A DNA stretch of 61,871 nt, filler included, from Theionarchaea archaeon (GCA_018992565.1; 4 parts of 4 records of this genome joined end to end with filler, not necessarily neighbours in it), one strand, 5' to 3'; counted from the first letter of the whole stretch, positions 19,919 through 31,139 are shown. Program-made: numbers and translations. Notes: generated by a model not told the origin, from the sequence alone.

Positions 19919-20560
19919 CTAGATACCCAGAATTGAAAAGATCACATACAACCCTACTGCTACCGGAATGGTCAGAAAAAAGGGGAGGAACACTCCAACT
20001 GCATACTTTGAATGCCCCGCCTCCTTTCCAGAAAAGTCCAGCAGCTGAAGCGGTAAAACGAAAATGGCAGCATACACTACTACAGCAAGGGGGGCAACCA
20101 GCAGGATTCCTCCAGGGTTCTCCAGCACGGTTCCAGTGCCCACAAATTCATACAGAATCCCTGTACATCCTGCTGTAAGCAATGCTTCCTCTTCTCGGAA
20201 CCTGTACCATTTGGAAAGCAAAAAGTACCACGTACCAAACCACACTGACCACAACGTCGTCACCATCACAAGATCGACCCACAGGACTGGATGAGCAATC
20301 CTGTTGCCCAGGACATAGCAGTATATTTCTTCTCCGACAGTAACGAGAACAGTTATAATCAAAACCCCAGCATAATTCTGAAAATGTAAATCTATCAAGA
20401 GGGTTCTCACCCTTTTTCGCAATACATAACAAATTCCGCCAAATCCCAGTCCATATGTTGTTGCAAAGAGGACGACAGACCATTCTCCAGCAGCAGCAAG
20501 CACCAATACAGCAACACCGAACCACAGTATCACGATGTTCCAGACAGACTTCCAGTTCAT
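19919..20560 (-). CDS. Hypothetical multi-pass membrane protein
   Basis: About 7 hydrophobic segments, with EE and YE motifs inside helices. Confidence 0.7.
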   Translation of the reverse strand: MNWKSVWNIVILWFGVAVLVLAAAGEWSVVLFATTYGLGFGGICYVLRKRVRTLLIDLHFQNYAGVLIITVLVTVGEEIYCYVLGNRIAHPVLWVDLVMVTTLWSVWFGTWYFLLSKWYRFREEEALLTAGCTGILYEFVGTGTVLENPGGILLVAPLAVVVYAAIFVLPLQLLDFSGKEAGHSKYAVGVFLPFFLTIPVAVGLYVIFSILGI

Positions 20561-20606
20561 GAAATCACTACGTCTTTCCACGATTCACTTGTTCCCATGA
20601 CAGCCC

Positions 20607-20990
20607 TTAAGCGACAATCAACTTGACATACTCCATTTTCCCACTGGTGAGAAAACACTTCACCAGCTCTTTTATCCTCTCAGCCTCACCCTCCAGAATG
20701 AAGATCTCCAGACATTTCCCGCCCTTCAAATGACTGTGGACCTGTGTGGTGGTGATATCCTCAAAGTCATGTTTTGTTCGTGTTACCACGCTCTCTACTT
20801 CCTGGTTGTGAATGAGCAACAGTATGGAGTTAATCTCCCCAGTGAATTTTTCCTTTTCCCTGGCATCTGCAATCAACATGCGGGCCGCCGCTCTTATCAC
20901 TTCAGATCTCCCGGAAAATCCCAGCTCCTCCTGCACTTTGTCTATGTCTTGCAGCATTTTCTCGTTTACCGAAATACTGACCACAGGCAT
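20607..20990 (-). CDS. nikR: NikR-family ribbon-helix-helix metalloregulator
   Basis: VVSISV...SGRSEVIR RHH domain; H...HSH...CLE metal-binding ACT domain. Confidence 0.85.
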   Translation of the reverse strand: MPVVSISVNEKMLQDIDKVQEELGFSGRSEVIRAAARMLIADAREKEKFTGEINSILLLIHNQEVESVVTRTKHDFEDITTTQVHSHLKGGKCLEIFILEGEAERIKELVKCFLTSGKMEYVKLIVA

Positions 20991-21107
20991 ACCATAGCGT
21001 ACGTCGCAGCATATAAAAGGTTAACCTTCACGTTGTGGCGAGAATTCGTCCCGGTTTTCACGCCTATTCGCTATGGACAACTCTTCACTCGTTTTTTGCT
21101 TTACTAA

Positions 21108-21140
21108 GATAATAGCAGAATCATCATAAAAATTATTATC
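21108..21140. promoter_or_regulatory. Inverted repeat, candidate NikR-type operator
   Basis: GATAATA-N19-TATTATC between divergent nikR and the metal ABC operon. Confidence 0.45.
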
Positions 21141-21181
21141 AAAATCCTTAAATACTAATAAGAGCATATGTATCAGATGGT

Positions 21182-22036
21182 ATGAAAAAAGGATTACTAC
21201 TCTTGATATTACTCATGTCCACAGGATGCACATCAGTTCCGCAGTCTGGATCCACTGGGAAAATTGGCGTTATCGTTTCCATACTTCCTCAGGCTGAATT
21301 TGCAGAGAAGATAGGTGGAGACAGAGTGGCTGTGACAGTCATGATACCTCCTGGAGCCAGTCCTCACTCGTATGAACCCGCACCCAGCCAGCTGACCCAG
21401 GTCAGTACAGCTTCTCTGTATTGCGCAGTGGGTTCGGGAATTGAGTTTGAACTGGCATGGATGGATAGAATCACCAGTATGAACAAGGACATGGTTGTCA
21501 TAGACTGCAGCAAAGGAATTGAACTTATTTCTGGAGATCCAGACCGCAAAGACCACAGCGGGACTGATCCCCACATCTGGCTTTCTCCGGGGAATGCAGC
21601 CAAAATAGTGGAGAACATGTACCAGGGGTTAATAGCAGTAGACCCGGATTCAACTGAGTACTACACAAAGAACAGGGAAGAGTACCTCCAGGAGCTTCAA
21701 ACTCTGGACAACAAGATACGGGAAGCGCTTCCTGCATCTCTCACCAAGATCATGGTATACCATCCTTCATGGGGCTATTTCTGCAGAGCGTATGGACTGG
21801 AACAAATACCCATTGAAAAAGAGGGAAAGGAGCCTACTCCTCAAGATATTGCTCAATTGATTGACCTGGCCAGGGAAGAAAACATAAGGGTAATCTTTGT
21901 CTCTCCCCAGGTAAATACACAATCTGCTGAGGTAATTGCCAGGGAAATTGGGGCGAAACTGGTACTGGTGGATCCTCTGGAGAAGGACTATGTTGAAAAC
22001 CTGTTGAGAGTCGCATACCTGTTTGCGGAGGTGTAG
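21182..22036 (+). CDS. znuA: Zn/Mn-type ABC substrate-binding lipoprotein
   Basis: STGC lipobox, SPHSYEP, DPHIWLSP, YHPSWGYF. Confidence 0.88.
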   Translation: MKKGLLLLILLMSTGCTSVPQSGSTGKIGVIVSILPQAEFAEKIGGDRVAVTVMIPPGASPHSYEPAPSQLTQVSTASLYCAVGSGIEFELAWMDRITSMNKDMVVIDCSKGIELISGDPDRKDHSGTDPHIWLSPGNAAKIVENMYQGLIAVDPDSTEYYTKNREEYLQELQTLDNKIREALPASLTKIMVYHPSWGYFCRAYGLEQIPIEKEGKEPTPQDIAQLIDLAREENIRVIFVSPQVNTQSAEVIAREIGAKLVLVDPLEKDYVENLLRVAYLFAEV

Positions 22037-22037
22037 A

Positions 22038-22796
22038 ATGGCTCTCGTTGAAGTACGGAATGTGTGGGTGTACTGTGATCATTCTCCCCAACTGGAAGAT
22101 GTATCTCTACTCGTCAATGATCATGACTTTCTTTCCATAATCGGCCCAAATGGAGCAGGAAAGACAACGCTACTCAAGGTTATATTGGGCTTGATACAGC
22201 CAGCAAGGGGTTCAGTGACGGTTCTTGATTCTGCTCCTGAAATTGGAAGGAAGCAGATAGGGTATATGCCACAGGACATTCAATTCGATAGTGCGTTCCC
22301 CATTTCAGTTTTTGATGTTGTTTTGATGGGGCGTTACAAGCATTTACTTTCCTCTTATTCTGAGAAAGACAAAAAGGCCGTCATGGAGGCTCTCAAGACA
22401 GTGGAAATGGCCAAATTGAAAGACAGAAGAATCGGCACCCTTTCTGGAGGAGAACAGCAGCGCGTGTTTCTGGCTCGTGCCCTGGCCCGACAACCGAGAC
22501 TCTTGCTGCTTGACGAACCTACTGCAAGTATTGACCCTGACGCACGGAAGTCATTTTACGAATTATTAACCTCTCTGAAGGAGAGAATGGCCATTCTTCT
22601 GGTAACGCATGATATCAGTGTCGTCAGTGTGTACGTGGACAGCGTTGCCTGCTTGAACAGGAGGTTATACTATCATGGTCCTGCGGAAGGAGCCTTGAAA
22701 CAGCTGGAACAGGTATATCAGTGCCCGGTGGAAGTCCTGGCCCATGGGATACCTCATCGAGTACTGAGGAGGCACAACAATGATGGAGATCTTTGA
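22038..22796 (+). CDS. znuC: Metal ABC transporter ATPase
   Basis: [21 protein letters not shown]-terminal HGIPHRVL. Confidence 0.88.
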   Translation: MALVEVRNVWVYCDHSPQLEDVSLLVNDHDFLSIIGPNGAGKTTLLKVILGLIQPARGSVTVLDSAPEIGRKQIGYMPQDIQFDSAFPISVFDVVLMGRYKHLLSSYSEKDKKAVMEALKTVEMAKLKDRRIGTLSGGEQQRVFLARALARQPRLLLLDEPTASIDPDARKSFYELLTSLKERMAILLVTHDISVVSVYVDSVACLNRRLYYHGPAEGALKQLEQVYQCPVEVLAHGIPHRVLRRHNNDGDL

Positions 22797-23613
22797 GTAC
22801 GAGTTCATGAGGAATGCACTGGCGGCAGCAGCACTGGTGAGTATTGCCTGCGGAGTGGTGGGCACATTTGTGGTTATCAGGAAAATTGTGTTCATTAGTG
22901 GAGGGATTGCTCATGCTGCCTTTGGTGGCATTGGACTGGGATACCTTGTAGGAATAAGCCCCATTGTAGCGGCCATTCCCTTCAGTGTGATGTCAGCTCT
23001 GGGAATCGGGATATTGAGCAAGAAGGCAGACATGGGAGAAGATGCAGCCATCGGAGTCCTGTGGACACTGGGGATGGCATCCGGCGTTGTGTTCATTCAT
23101 ATGAGCCAGGGGTATGCCCCTGACTTATTCAGCTATTTGTTTGGGAGTATTCTCACTGTTCCCAGACAGGATTTGGCAATGATGGGAATCCTGGATGTAT
23201 TGATAGTGGTAGGCGTACTTCTGTTTTATAAGGAACTGGTGGGGCTGTCCTTCGACGAGGAGTTCTCCACTGTGGTGGGTGTTCCTGCTCAGCAGTTGAA
23301 TTTGCTCTTGCTGTGTCTGGTGGGATTGAGTGTTGTGACGCTGATCCGCGTTGTGGGAGTCATCCTGGTTATTGCATTACTGACCATGCCTGCAGCCATT
23401 GGGAGGTATTTCACCTATGACGTGAAAAGGATGATGATACTGTCTGTAGGTATTGGAGTCATAGGAACTGTGGCTGGATTATTCATATCCTATGCTGCAG
23501 ATTTGCCTTCAGGCGCAACCATTGTTCTGATTCTGGGAGGGATGCTACTGTGTTCAACAATCCTGAAGAACGTGTGGAGAGGGCGGGGTTACTCCCACTT
23601 GTGCAGCCTGTAA
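22780..23613 (+). CDS. znuB: Metal ABC transporter permease
   Basis: [26 protein letters not shown]. Confidence 0.88.
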   Translation: MMEIFEYEFMRNALAAAALVSIACGVVGTFVVIRKIVFISGGIAHAAFGGIGLGYLVGISPIVAAIPFSVMSALGIGILSKKADMGEDAAIGVLWTLGMASGVVFIHMSQGYAPDLFSYLFGSILTVPRQDLAMMGILDVLIVVGVLLFYKELVGLSFDEEFSTVVGVPAQQLNLLLLCLVGLSVVTLIRVVGVILVIALLTMPAAIGRYFTYDVKRMMILSVGIGVIGTVAGLFISYAADLPSGATIVLILGGMLLCSTILKNVWRGRGYSHLCSL

Positions 23614-25388
23614 TATTCATCAACCATTGAGGTGATGTCAACAGTAGATCCCTCAGTGGGTCCTTCTGTCAGAGGCTCATTCACGAATCGTGCGGGGAGT
23701 GTATCCTCCTCTTTTGTCACTCCCATGGTTCTGTTGAGGTTATGGTCTCTATCAATACAATCCCCCATGATGTTCTTGAGATATTCAGGTGTATACGGAA
23801 TTCCAGTCGCCGCAGTCAGTAAGGCGGCACTGTTCTCAAAGGTCAGACAATCCATACATAACCCAATATTCTTGCACATGGTCAATGAATCGCATAACAA
23901 TGCAATTTTCTCAGAATAGGTGACCAGAGCCGCTTTTCCTTCTTCTGAGAGACGATGAGCTGCTTTTTCTGTACCAAATCGTCTTAGAGCTTCCTCTTCC
24001 CTGTTGGTAAGTTCGAAGTAGGGTTCTGCCCGCAGGTGATCCGCTCCTCTGGATGCCACAGCATACGTCAATCCATAGGCCTTTATCCCCCTGGGATCCC
24101 CACAGATGATGTCAAGTCCTTTTACCTGCATCACCAGGTTCTGGGCTTCTTTGCTGAATCGTTTAGAAACTCTCGTAGCACCTTCTGCCAGAAGGTCTCC
24201 AATCCCCTCTCGGAATGCAATCTTGGCTACTGTCTCCCGGACAGTACTGGTGTCTCCCCAGGTAATGGAAAGGTTGCCTACGTCAGCAGGTGCCAGTAAC
24301 CCTCTTTCCTGACATTCCATGAGCCACCCCAGAACCTCCCCTGTAGATATGGAGTCCAACCCCATTTGATTGAGCGTCCAGTTCATCTCCAGAGCAAAGG
24401 ATAGATCCTCAATGCCCAGTCGAGACGTGAAACTGCACAGGGTCTCGAATTCGGGACCTTCTGCTTCTACATCGCTGCAGACGTAGTATCTGGAGCAGTG
24501 AAGGTTGCAGTTAAAACATGCCTTGTTCTTCACCTTAAATCGGGCCGCCAATTTCTGGCCAGAAATCTCATCCACATACGGGCATACTCCCCTCTGGAAA
24601 TGATTGGTGGGGAGGATGCCTATTCCATCTAAATCTCTCATCAGCATGGTGGTTCCCATGAGGTGCCGCTTCTGGTATTCAGGATGACGTGCAATCGCAT
24701 TTTCAATTCTACTAGTTTCTTCAGCAAATTTCAAAGGATTTTTCATTTCTACTGGATGAGAACCCCTCACTGCCAGGGCTTTCACTCCTTTACTGCCCAT
24801 GACAGCCCCCATTCCTGTTCTCCCATTCACTCTGTTCCCGCTGGACACGATAGTACTAAATAGTACGCAGGCCTCACCGGCTGGCCCAATTGCAGCAACC
24901 TCCATCTGGAAGTCTTTGGTCTCCTTCCGTATGGCATAGGTAGTCTGCATTACAGATTTTCCCGTCAGGTGAGGACATTCTACGAATTCAACTGTATCAT
25001 CTCTCACCACCAAGTATAAGAGATGTTCGCTCTTCCCAGTTATGATGATCTGATCAGTCCCTGTTTGTTTCATCTCTGCAGCAAACTGCCCACCAGCTGC
25101 TGAATCCCCCAGGATTCCTGTCAGGGGCGACTTGGCACTGACTGTGTAGTACGCAGATGCGGGAAGCAGCGTACCTGTCAGAGGCCCCACGCCAAAGATC
25201 AGCACATTCCTGGGTCCCAATGGATCACACTGAGGGTCCAATTCCTCTGAAAGGCGTTTCGTGTTGGCTGCCCTTCCGCCAATGACTGACTTCATCCAGG
25301 CGAGAGACAGTGGCTCGCAGGTATATGTTCTCTCAGACATGTCTATTCGTAGGATGTGTCCTCCGTACCCGCACATCACCTCATCCAT
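23589..25388 (-). CDS. aor: Tungsten aldehyde:ferredoxin oxidoreductase family protein
   Basis: [53 protein letters not shown]. Start placed at MDEVM after GGAGA. Confidence 0.92.
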   Translation of the reverse strand: MDEVMCGYGGHILRIDMSERTYTCEPLSLAWMKSVIGGRAANTKRLSEELDPQCDPLGPRNVLIFGVGPLTGTLLPASAYYTVSAKSPLTGILGDSAAGGQFAAEMKQTGTDQIIITGKSEHLLYLVVRDDTVEFVECPHLTGKSVMQTTYAIRKETKDFQMEVAAIGPAGEACVLFSTIVSSGNRVNGRTGMGAVMGSKGVKALAVRGSHPVEMKNPLKFAEETSRIENAIARHPEYQKRHLMGTTMLMRDLDGIGILPTNHFQRGVCPYVDEISGQKLAARFKVKNKACFNCNLHCSRYYVCSDVEAEGPEFETLCSFTSRLGIEDLSFALEMNWTLNQMGLDSISTGEVLGWLMECQERGLLAPADVGNLSITWGDTSTVRETVAKIAFREGIGDLLAEGATRVSKRFSKEAQNLVMQVKGLDIICGDPRGIKAYGLTYAVASRGADHLRAEPYFELTNREEEALRRFGTEKAAHRLSEEGKAALVTYSEKIALLCDSLTMCKNIGLCMDCLTFENSAALLTAATGIPYTPEYLKNIMGDCIDRDHNLNRTMGVTKEEDTLPARFVNEPLTEGPTEGSTVDITSMVDEYYRLHKWE

Positions 25389-25518
25389 GATGGTCTCTCC
25401 ATTTCTTCCTGACCCCAATACCTTGAGTCTCAACGTAGTGATACCGCTTCTCACCGGGAGGTCCAGCCCACCTGCCAGCAAATTGGCGCAAGGACGGGCT
25501 CTGGCCTGCGGGGTTATA

Positions 25519-25618
25519 NNNNNNNNNNNNNNNNNNNNNNNNNNNNNNNNNNNNNNNNNNNNTTAATTAATTAANNNNNNNNNNNNNNNNNNNNNNNNNN
25601 NNNNNNNNNNNNNNNNNN
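25519..25618. other. Artificial contig spacer (N-run with six-frame stop TTAATTAATTAA)
   Basis: Identical 100-nt construct occurs three times in the window. Confidence 0.97.
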
Positions 25619-26896
25619 ATACTCATTATCCCCGTGAAGAGATACTATCTGCGGTATCATCAGACTGGAGTCTGTCATCTCAGCCCAGAAGATCTCATAA
25701 TCTGTCCCATCAAACCCGTACCACACCACGTACGAGTTCCCCTCTGAATCCACAGCAATTTGAGGGTTGTAGTCATCCCAGACTTTGTTATAAGGACTGA
25801 TGGAGATTTTCAACGTAGTCTCTTGACTCCCAGAGGACGCTACTGTGGTCCAATAGATTTCGTTGTCCATTCCATCAAACCCATACCAGGTTACATACGA
25901 ATTACCCTGCAGGTCTACCGCAATGCGAGGGTCGTAGTCGTCTTTGAACAGATTATCCAGGTGGGTGGATATTTTCTCAACATCACCTGCCTGAGTATTG
26001 ACAACTGCTGCCCAGTAAATCTCCAGATCATTTCCATCAAACCCATACCACACCACGTACGAATTCCCCTCTAAATCCACAGCAATCTGCGGGTTGTAGT
26101 CATCCAGATCTCTATTATCCACATGCGTGGAGATTTTCTCCACATCCTCCTGTACCCCAGTTCTGTCTATGAAAGTCCAGTAAATCTCCAGGTCATTTCC
26201 ATCAAGCCCATACCACACCACGTACGAATTCCCCTCTAAATCCACAGCAATCTGCGGGCTGTAGTCATTCCTATTTACATTGTCCTTATGAGTGGAAATC
26301 TGTTCTACCTTACCTGGTACACCAGAGCTGTCAATTTTGATGAAATAAATGTCCTGGTCACTTCCTCCTGCCCCTTGCCAGGTTACATACGAGTTCCCCT
26401 CTGAATCCACAGCAATCTGAGGGTATCGATCCGATGGCCTTTCACCAGGTTTCTCAGCAGAAATCTCTTGCACATCTTCCAGTACTCCAGAAGGGTCAGT
26501 CCTTGCCCAGTATATGGTGGATCCATTTCTGGTGACCCCGTACCACACCACGTACGAGTTCCCCTCTGAATCCACAGCAATCTGAGGGTTGTAGTCATCG
26601 GACAGCTGATTGTCTTCATGAAGGGAGACTTCAGCCACCTTCTCAATAATCCCATCTTCAGAAACTCTTGCCCAGAAAATTCCCTGGTCGTCCCCAGAAG
26701 TCCCGGACCATACAATAAACGAATTTCCTTTCCCATCAACAGCAATGTCTGGTGATTCATTATCTTCCAGTGCATCGAATTCAGCAGATACTTTTACGGC
26801 AGAAAAAGGTGATTTAACTGGTGCGGCTGCTAGAAGCAAGAGAACAGTTAAAGTGAGGGTATTTATTTTTCTTATTTTCTGTTCCCCTTTGAACAT
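25619..26896 (-). CDS. Secreted beta-propeller (SBBP-like) repeat protein, truncated at contig end
   Basis: Signal peptide; at least 7 repeats of ~56 aa with P(Q)IAVDxxGNSYV(V/T)W. Confidence 0.85.
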
Positions 26897-27462
26897 ACCT
26901 TGATTTTTGCTTTCAGAATTTATAAAGTTTCTTGTGGCGAGCCTCTTTCAATTTGTGGTATTACTGCATATATGGTCTTTATGAGGTGTTCTTTTTGGTG
27001 ACAACCTGCATTCTGTGCAGGAAGATTCTTTTTCTGCGAAATTACATACGTTCCATGACGAATATCATTCTCAAGAGGCTCTGGAAGTCATCAAGCCTCA
27101 TTTGGCCAGAATAGTCACAAGGCCAGAATATCTTCTTTCGTGTCTTTCATCTCTGTTGAATGACAGGTTCACTTTTGCTAACCTGCTTTCACGTTCAAGG
27201 CCAGGACTCTCCTTGAATCTCTCGCAGCTGCGAACATACTCAAAGCTCAAGAGAGGTCTTCACTTGATCAAGCAGATGAGACTACAAACAGAGAAAAAAA
27301 GTGCATTTTGTTCCTAGAAAGGCAAATAAAGTATGTTAGTGCTAATTGAATTACAGTAACTACACAGTCCGGAGGTAGGTGCCAGTTCACAAGGTGATTG
27401 AGATCCGAGTTTTCCAAATTCCTCCTGACTTGTGAAGATGAAAAGTGTAGGGAGGTGCAGAT

Positions 27463-27621
27463 GTGATAGCCAGACTGATAGAACCGGGAAACATAGATGA
27501 TGCTGTAATACTTGGCAACTGCATAGTCATCGGAGCAAATCCCAAAAATGGGGAATGTCAGGGTCTTGGATGGGATCCGAGTAGCGGGTGCAATCTTGGT
27601 GGTCTTCCGTTCGAACACTGA
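27463..27621 (+). CDS. Putative RiPP precursor peptide A (52 aa; absent from the ORF track)
   Basis: GGAGGTG RBS then GTG: MIARLIEPGNIDDAVILGNCIVIGANPKNGECQGLGWDPSSGCNLGGLPFEH*; clear paralog of 31140..31304. Confidence 0.85.
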   Translation: MIARLIEPGNIDDAVILGNCIVIGANPKNGECQGLGWDPSSGCNLGGLPFEH

Positions 27622-27764
27622 ATATGATCGAGCGCGTTTCCTATTGAGTATCTTACATAGTCTTGAGAAGCTGTCGAGCCGTGGTGGTTTCACATAGGGT
27701 GGGGCCATTGTCAGTAAGACATTGCGCTCGACAGTCTGAAAGAGCAGAATTCGGAGGTGAAATC

Positions 27765-27932
27765 ATGCTTGCAGAGCTAGTAGAACCAGGAATATCAATA
27801 TCTGGGTCAAGTCCAGACTGGTGGGTTTGTATCATTGGTGGAACCCCGACTAAAGAGCAGGATTGTGTACCTTATGGTAAATTCCCTGCAGGAATAGGAG
27901 ATTGCGGCATTGGCGGAACTCCGGGGTCCTGA
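27765..27932 (+). CDS. Putative RiPP precursor peptide B (55 aa)
   Basis: GGAGGTGA RBS then ATG: MLAELVEPGISISGSSPDWWVCIIGGTPTKEQDCVPYGKFPAGIGDCGIGGTPGS*. Confidence 0.85.
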   Translation: MLAELVEPGISISGSSPDWWVCIIGGTPTKEQDCVPYGKFPAGIGDCGIGGTPGS

Positions 27933-27985
27933 GCCATTGGATCATCCTCAGATGATTCGCCTGGCTAAGCAATCGGGGTAGAGCA

Positions 27986-28007
27986 TTTTCCTCTTTTTTT
28001 CTTTTTT
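27986..28007 (+). terminator. T-rich terminator-like tract after the precursor pair
   Basis: TTTTCCTCTTTTTTTCTTTTTT. Confidence 0.5.
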
Positions 28008-28324
28008 GGTATGAGTATTTGAGCACTGATACAGCTGTGAGGGATTGACTTCCGTAAAGGGGGATGCTGTGAATAGAATAGAAAACACACCATGAGAGCA
28101 TTGATAACGTGTATTATCAGTCTGGTCGACCTGCGCACAATGATGTATCTTGAAGGACCAGCTCCCGTGCCTCCAGTTGAGATGTGGCCTGTTCTTGATA
28201 ATGATTGTTTAGATGACTTCTCTTTTCCAGATATAAAATAAATTACACTTTTTTTCTCAATAATACATATAAAATGTCCGATGCATCATATAATCATAAT
28301 AAAGACACACTGTTCTACTTGTCA

Positions 28325-28360
28325 TTCCAGTGAAATCTCCCTCGAAGTTCATCACTGGAA
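28325..28360. promoter_or_regulatory. Perfect 9-bp inverted repeat upstream of radical SAM 1
   Basis: TTCCAGTGA-N18-TCACTGGAA. Confidence 0.4.
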
Positions 28361-28397
28361 AACGAAAGCAGTCCAAATGAGATAGAGGAGTGGTACC

Positions 28398-29726
28398 ATG
28401 AAAGAATCAAGATACAATATTTATCTTCTGGACGAAAAGGAGAAGAAAGGGCTCATATATAACTCAATGCAGAGATCAATAGTACACATAGACGATGAGG
28501 TATACAATCTGATGAGGAGCGGGCGAATTGAGGAGATAAGTGACGACGTTACAGACGTCCTAAAACAAGGAAGGGCACTCATTGATGAAAACCAGGACGA
28601 GCTACAGATTCTGAAGATCATGTTCAATAGGGCAAAATTCAGTGCACTTTCAACAGGGTTCACTATTATACCGACTCATTTGTGCAACCTGGCGTGCACG
28701 TATTGCTATCAAGGGCATGGCGATGTAATGGGGAAAACAATGAGCACTGAAACTGCAAGACGGGCAGTTGAGTTTATTAAGAAAAATGCAGTGGGACGGA
28801 AATCTCTGGGAATAAATTTCTACGGCGGAGAGCCCCTCCTGTTCCCAGACATACCTTTTGGAATACTCGAACAGATAAAGCAATTTACCGATGAAAATGG
28901 AATATACCTCTCAACGTCGTTCACATCAAACGGAACCCTTTTTACAGAAGAGATAGTCAAGAATCTTAAGGATTTTGAGCATGAAGTACAGATCACTTTT
29001 TGTGGATCACGAGAAGTCCACGATGCTGTACGAGTTGATAAGAAGGGCAATGGCACATACGAGAGACTCATGGACGTCATCTCGCTCTTCAGGGACAACG
29101 ATATACGGTTCCATATTCGCGTTGATATTGATCAAGAAAACTATCATACCATATCATCGCTGCTTGAGGATTTGAGCCAGCGAGGATTTGGGGGACTCTA
29201 CATAGGATTCTGTCCCATAGGCAAAGACATCTGCTACACTGAAATGGAACGTGACAGCGGGAGAATAGACTTGGTTTCTTTGACTCGATTGTTCAAGGTA
29301 GCTCATGACATGGGATTCAGGACAAATCCAATCTACATTCAGAATTTCATCGAGGGGTGCGCTGCAATAAAAGATGCATTCCTGGCTATAGACCCTGATG
29401 GTGACGTCTACAAATGCATTGCTGCACCCAATTACAAAGAACATAGATTTGGCACTCTCGATGAGTCTGGCAATCTCAGCAATGTCAATTATGACGCTTT
29501 TTGTTCATGGACGCTGAGGGATCCTCTTCTCATTGAAGAGTGCGTCCAGTGCAAATTCGCCCCTATATGTGCAGGCGGGTGTGCTCTCAGTGCCTACAGC
29601 AAGCACGGTTCAATAATGTCGCCTGGATGTGATGAGAAGGATCTGGGAGAGATAATGAGGACGTATATCATGTTGAAACATCCAGAGTTGTTCGAGGGGT
29701 GTAGTTATGAAAGTATCGTACTATAA
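28398..29726 (+). CDS. Radical SAM/SPASM peptide maturase 1 with probable N-terminal RRE
   Basis: CNLACTYC, FYGGEPLL, SPASM (GC...IDPDGDVYKC...CVQCKFAPICAGGC...C); ~80-aa N-terminal extension SRYN..LIYNS. Confidence 0.9.
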   Translation: MKESRYNIYLLDEKEKKGLIYNSMQRSIVHIDDEVYNLMRSGRIEEISDDVTDVLKQGRALIDENQDELQILKIMFNRAKFSALSTGFTIIPTHLCNLACTYCYQGHGDVMGKTMSTETARRAVEFIKKNAVGRKSLGINFYGGEPLLFPDIPFGILEQIKQFTDENGIYLSTSFTSNGTLFTEEIVKNLKDFEHEVQITFCGSREVHDAVRVDKKGNGTYERLMDVISLFRDNDIRFHIRVDIDQENYHTISSLLEDLSQRGFGGLYIGFCPIGKDICYTEMERDSGRIDLVSLTRLFKVAHDMGFRTNPIYIQNFIEGCAAIKDAFLAIDPDGDVYKCIAAPNYKEHRFGTLDESGNLSNVNYDAFCSWTLRDPLLIEECVQCKFAPICAGGCALSAYSKHGSIMSPGCDEKDLGEIMRTYIMLKHPELFEGCSYESIVL

Positions 29727-31044
29727 TGTCATGTTCCCTTATGATGATAGCTACATACTCTTCAATACACTGAGAGGAGCTGTGTTCGTGGTGGATTCAG
29801 AGACCAGGGAAGTCTTGATGGAAGGAAAGTTGTCTGCCCTTGGCGAGGAGCTCACGGATTTGTTCACGACTCATGGAATTATCGTCAAGAATGAAGTAAA
29901 TGAGTGTGATGAGTACAGATTGATGTACGAGAAATCCAAGTACGCCACCAATTCAACAACGCTACACATTATCACCACATACAGCTGCAACCTTGCATGC
30001 ACATACTGCTACGAAGGAAAGGGAGAAATAGAGCAGAAAAGCATGGACACTAAGGAGGCTGAGCGTGCAATTCACTTCGTAGAGAACCTGACAGAAAGCA
30101 ACAATAGCAGCTCACTGGGGATCGAGCTTTTTGGTGGAGAGCCCTTTTTGAATATGCCCATAAATACTATGGTGGCCAGAGAGCTCGAAAAATGGTGTGA
30201 AGAGACTAGCAGAAATTTCTCAATTAACGCTGTGACTAATGGCACCTTGTCTACCCAGGAGACTGTGGAAGAGCTTGCGCAGTATAAATGTAGCTTCCTG
30301 GTGACTGTTGATGGCACGAAAGAAATCCATGATCAAAGAAGAAGGTACAAGGATGGGAGGGGCACATTTGACGATATCATGGACGGGTTGTGGCGAGTAA
30401 GAGATTCGGGTCTGCATATCATGGTTCGAATCAATGTAGACGAATATAACAAAGAGTATATCGTGCCCCTGTTCGATTTTCTGAAGGAAGGAGGTCTCGA
30501 AGACACTTTGATTTCCATAAAACCCGTGTTTAACAGCTCGCCTGCCTGCCTGTCCTATGGCTATTGTCTGCCAGACACGGAAGAATTGAGAACAATCAAC
30601 GATCTTTGTCACTGCGCCAGAGAAAGAGCCTTCAAGACAGAAGAACCTGAAAAAGTCCTTCCTCAGGGCCCATGTAGTGCACAGCGATCTTCGTATTTCA
30701 CCATAGATCCTTATCTGAGGTTGTTCAAATGTGCAATTCTGCCCCCTTATGAGGAGAACTCTGCTGGTTTGGTGGATCTGGAAAGCTCCCGACCATTGCT
30801 CAATAGCGTGCATACTGACTTCATGCTGCGGAATCCTATGGAGATAGAGCCATGTAAGACATGCGAATATGTGCCCATCTGCCGAGGGGGATGTCCGGTG
30901 GAAATATACCAGACTCAAGGAACTGCTCGTGGATATATTTGCAGAAAGCCTGAATTTCAGGAGGTTATTCAACAGAAGCTTCTGAATATTGTAAAAAAGC
31001 ATTCTAGTTGTGACCATGCACTCGCGAATGGAGAGAGGAGGTGA
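29707..31044 (+). CDS. Radical SAM/SPASM peptide maturase 2 with probable N-terminal RRE
   Basis: CNLACTYC, FGGEPFL, SPASM (PC...FKC...CKTCEYVPICRGGCP...C); SYYN..LFNT N-terminus; overlaps gene 1 by 20 nt. Confidence 0.9.
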   Translation: MKVSYYNVMFPYDDSYILFNTLRGAVFVVDSETREVLMEGKLSALGEELTDLFTTHGIIVKNEVNECDEYRLMYEKSKYATNSTTLHIITTYSCNLACTYCYEGKGEIEQKSMDTKEAERAIHFVENLTESNNSSSLGIELFGGEPFLNMPINTMVARELEKWCEETSRNFSINAVTNGTLSTQETVEELAQYKCSFLVTVDGTKEIHDQRRRYKDGRGTFDDIMDGLWRVRDSGLHIMVRINVDEYNKEYIVPLFDFLKEGGLEDTLISIKPVFNSSPACLSYGYCLPDTEELRTINDLCHCARERAFKTEEPEKVLPQGPCSAQRSSYFTIDPYLRLFKCAILPPYEENSAGLVDLESSRPLLNSVHTDFMLRNPMEIEPCKTCEYVPICRGGCPVEIYQTQGTARGYICRKPEFQEVIQQKLLNIVKKHSSCDHALANGERR

Positions 31045-31139
31045 AAAAAAGGCGACAGATCGCTCGATGGAGAGTATCTATTCCTAGCATATTCAATAAA
31101 GGTTTTTCCAGAGACAAAAAAAGTCCAGGAGGTGTAAAT

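Noticed and set aside
25519..25618. Recurrent TTAATTAATTAA palindrome within N-runs (also 50938-51037 and 56642-56741)
   Set aside because: Standard six-frame-stop linker used to concatenate contigs. It is not biological, and ORFs or gene neighbourhoods spanning it are artefacts.
25700..26600. Regularly spaced DNA repeats as a CRISPR array
   Set aside because: The period is ~168 nt, in frame within a protein-coding repeat, and the copies are degenerate at codon positions. No cas genes are present.
26932..27708. ORFs 26932-27114, 27015-27317 (+) and 27268-27708 (-) as extra cluster genes
   Set aside because: No RBS or recognisable motifs, and the minus ORF is antisense to precursor A. They may be spurious or remnants and cannot be supported.
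27663..27764. N-terminal extensions given by the ORF track for peptides B (from 27663) and C (from 31041)
   Set aside because: Strong GGAGGTG RBSs and mutual homology place the starts at 27765 and 31140/31143.
28092..28241. 49-aa ORF MRALITCIISLVDLRT... as another precursor
   Set aside because: No RBS, no LIEPG-type leader and no C-x3-G motifs.
28325..28360. TTCCAGTGAAA resemblance to an archaeal ORB origin box
   Set aside because: No G-string, no array of boxes and no adjacent cdc6/orc1 gene; kept only as an inverted repeat.
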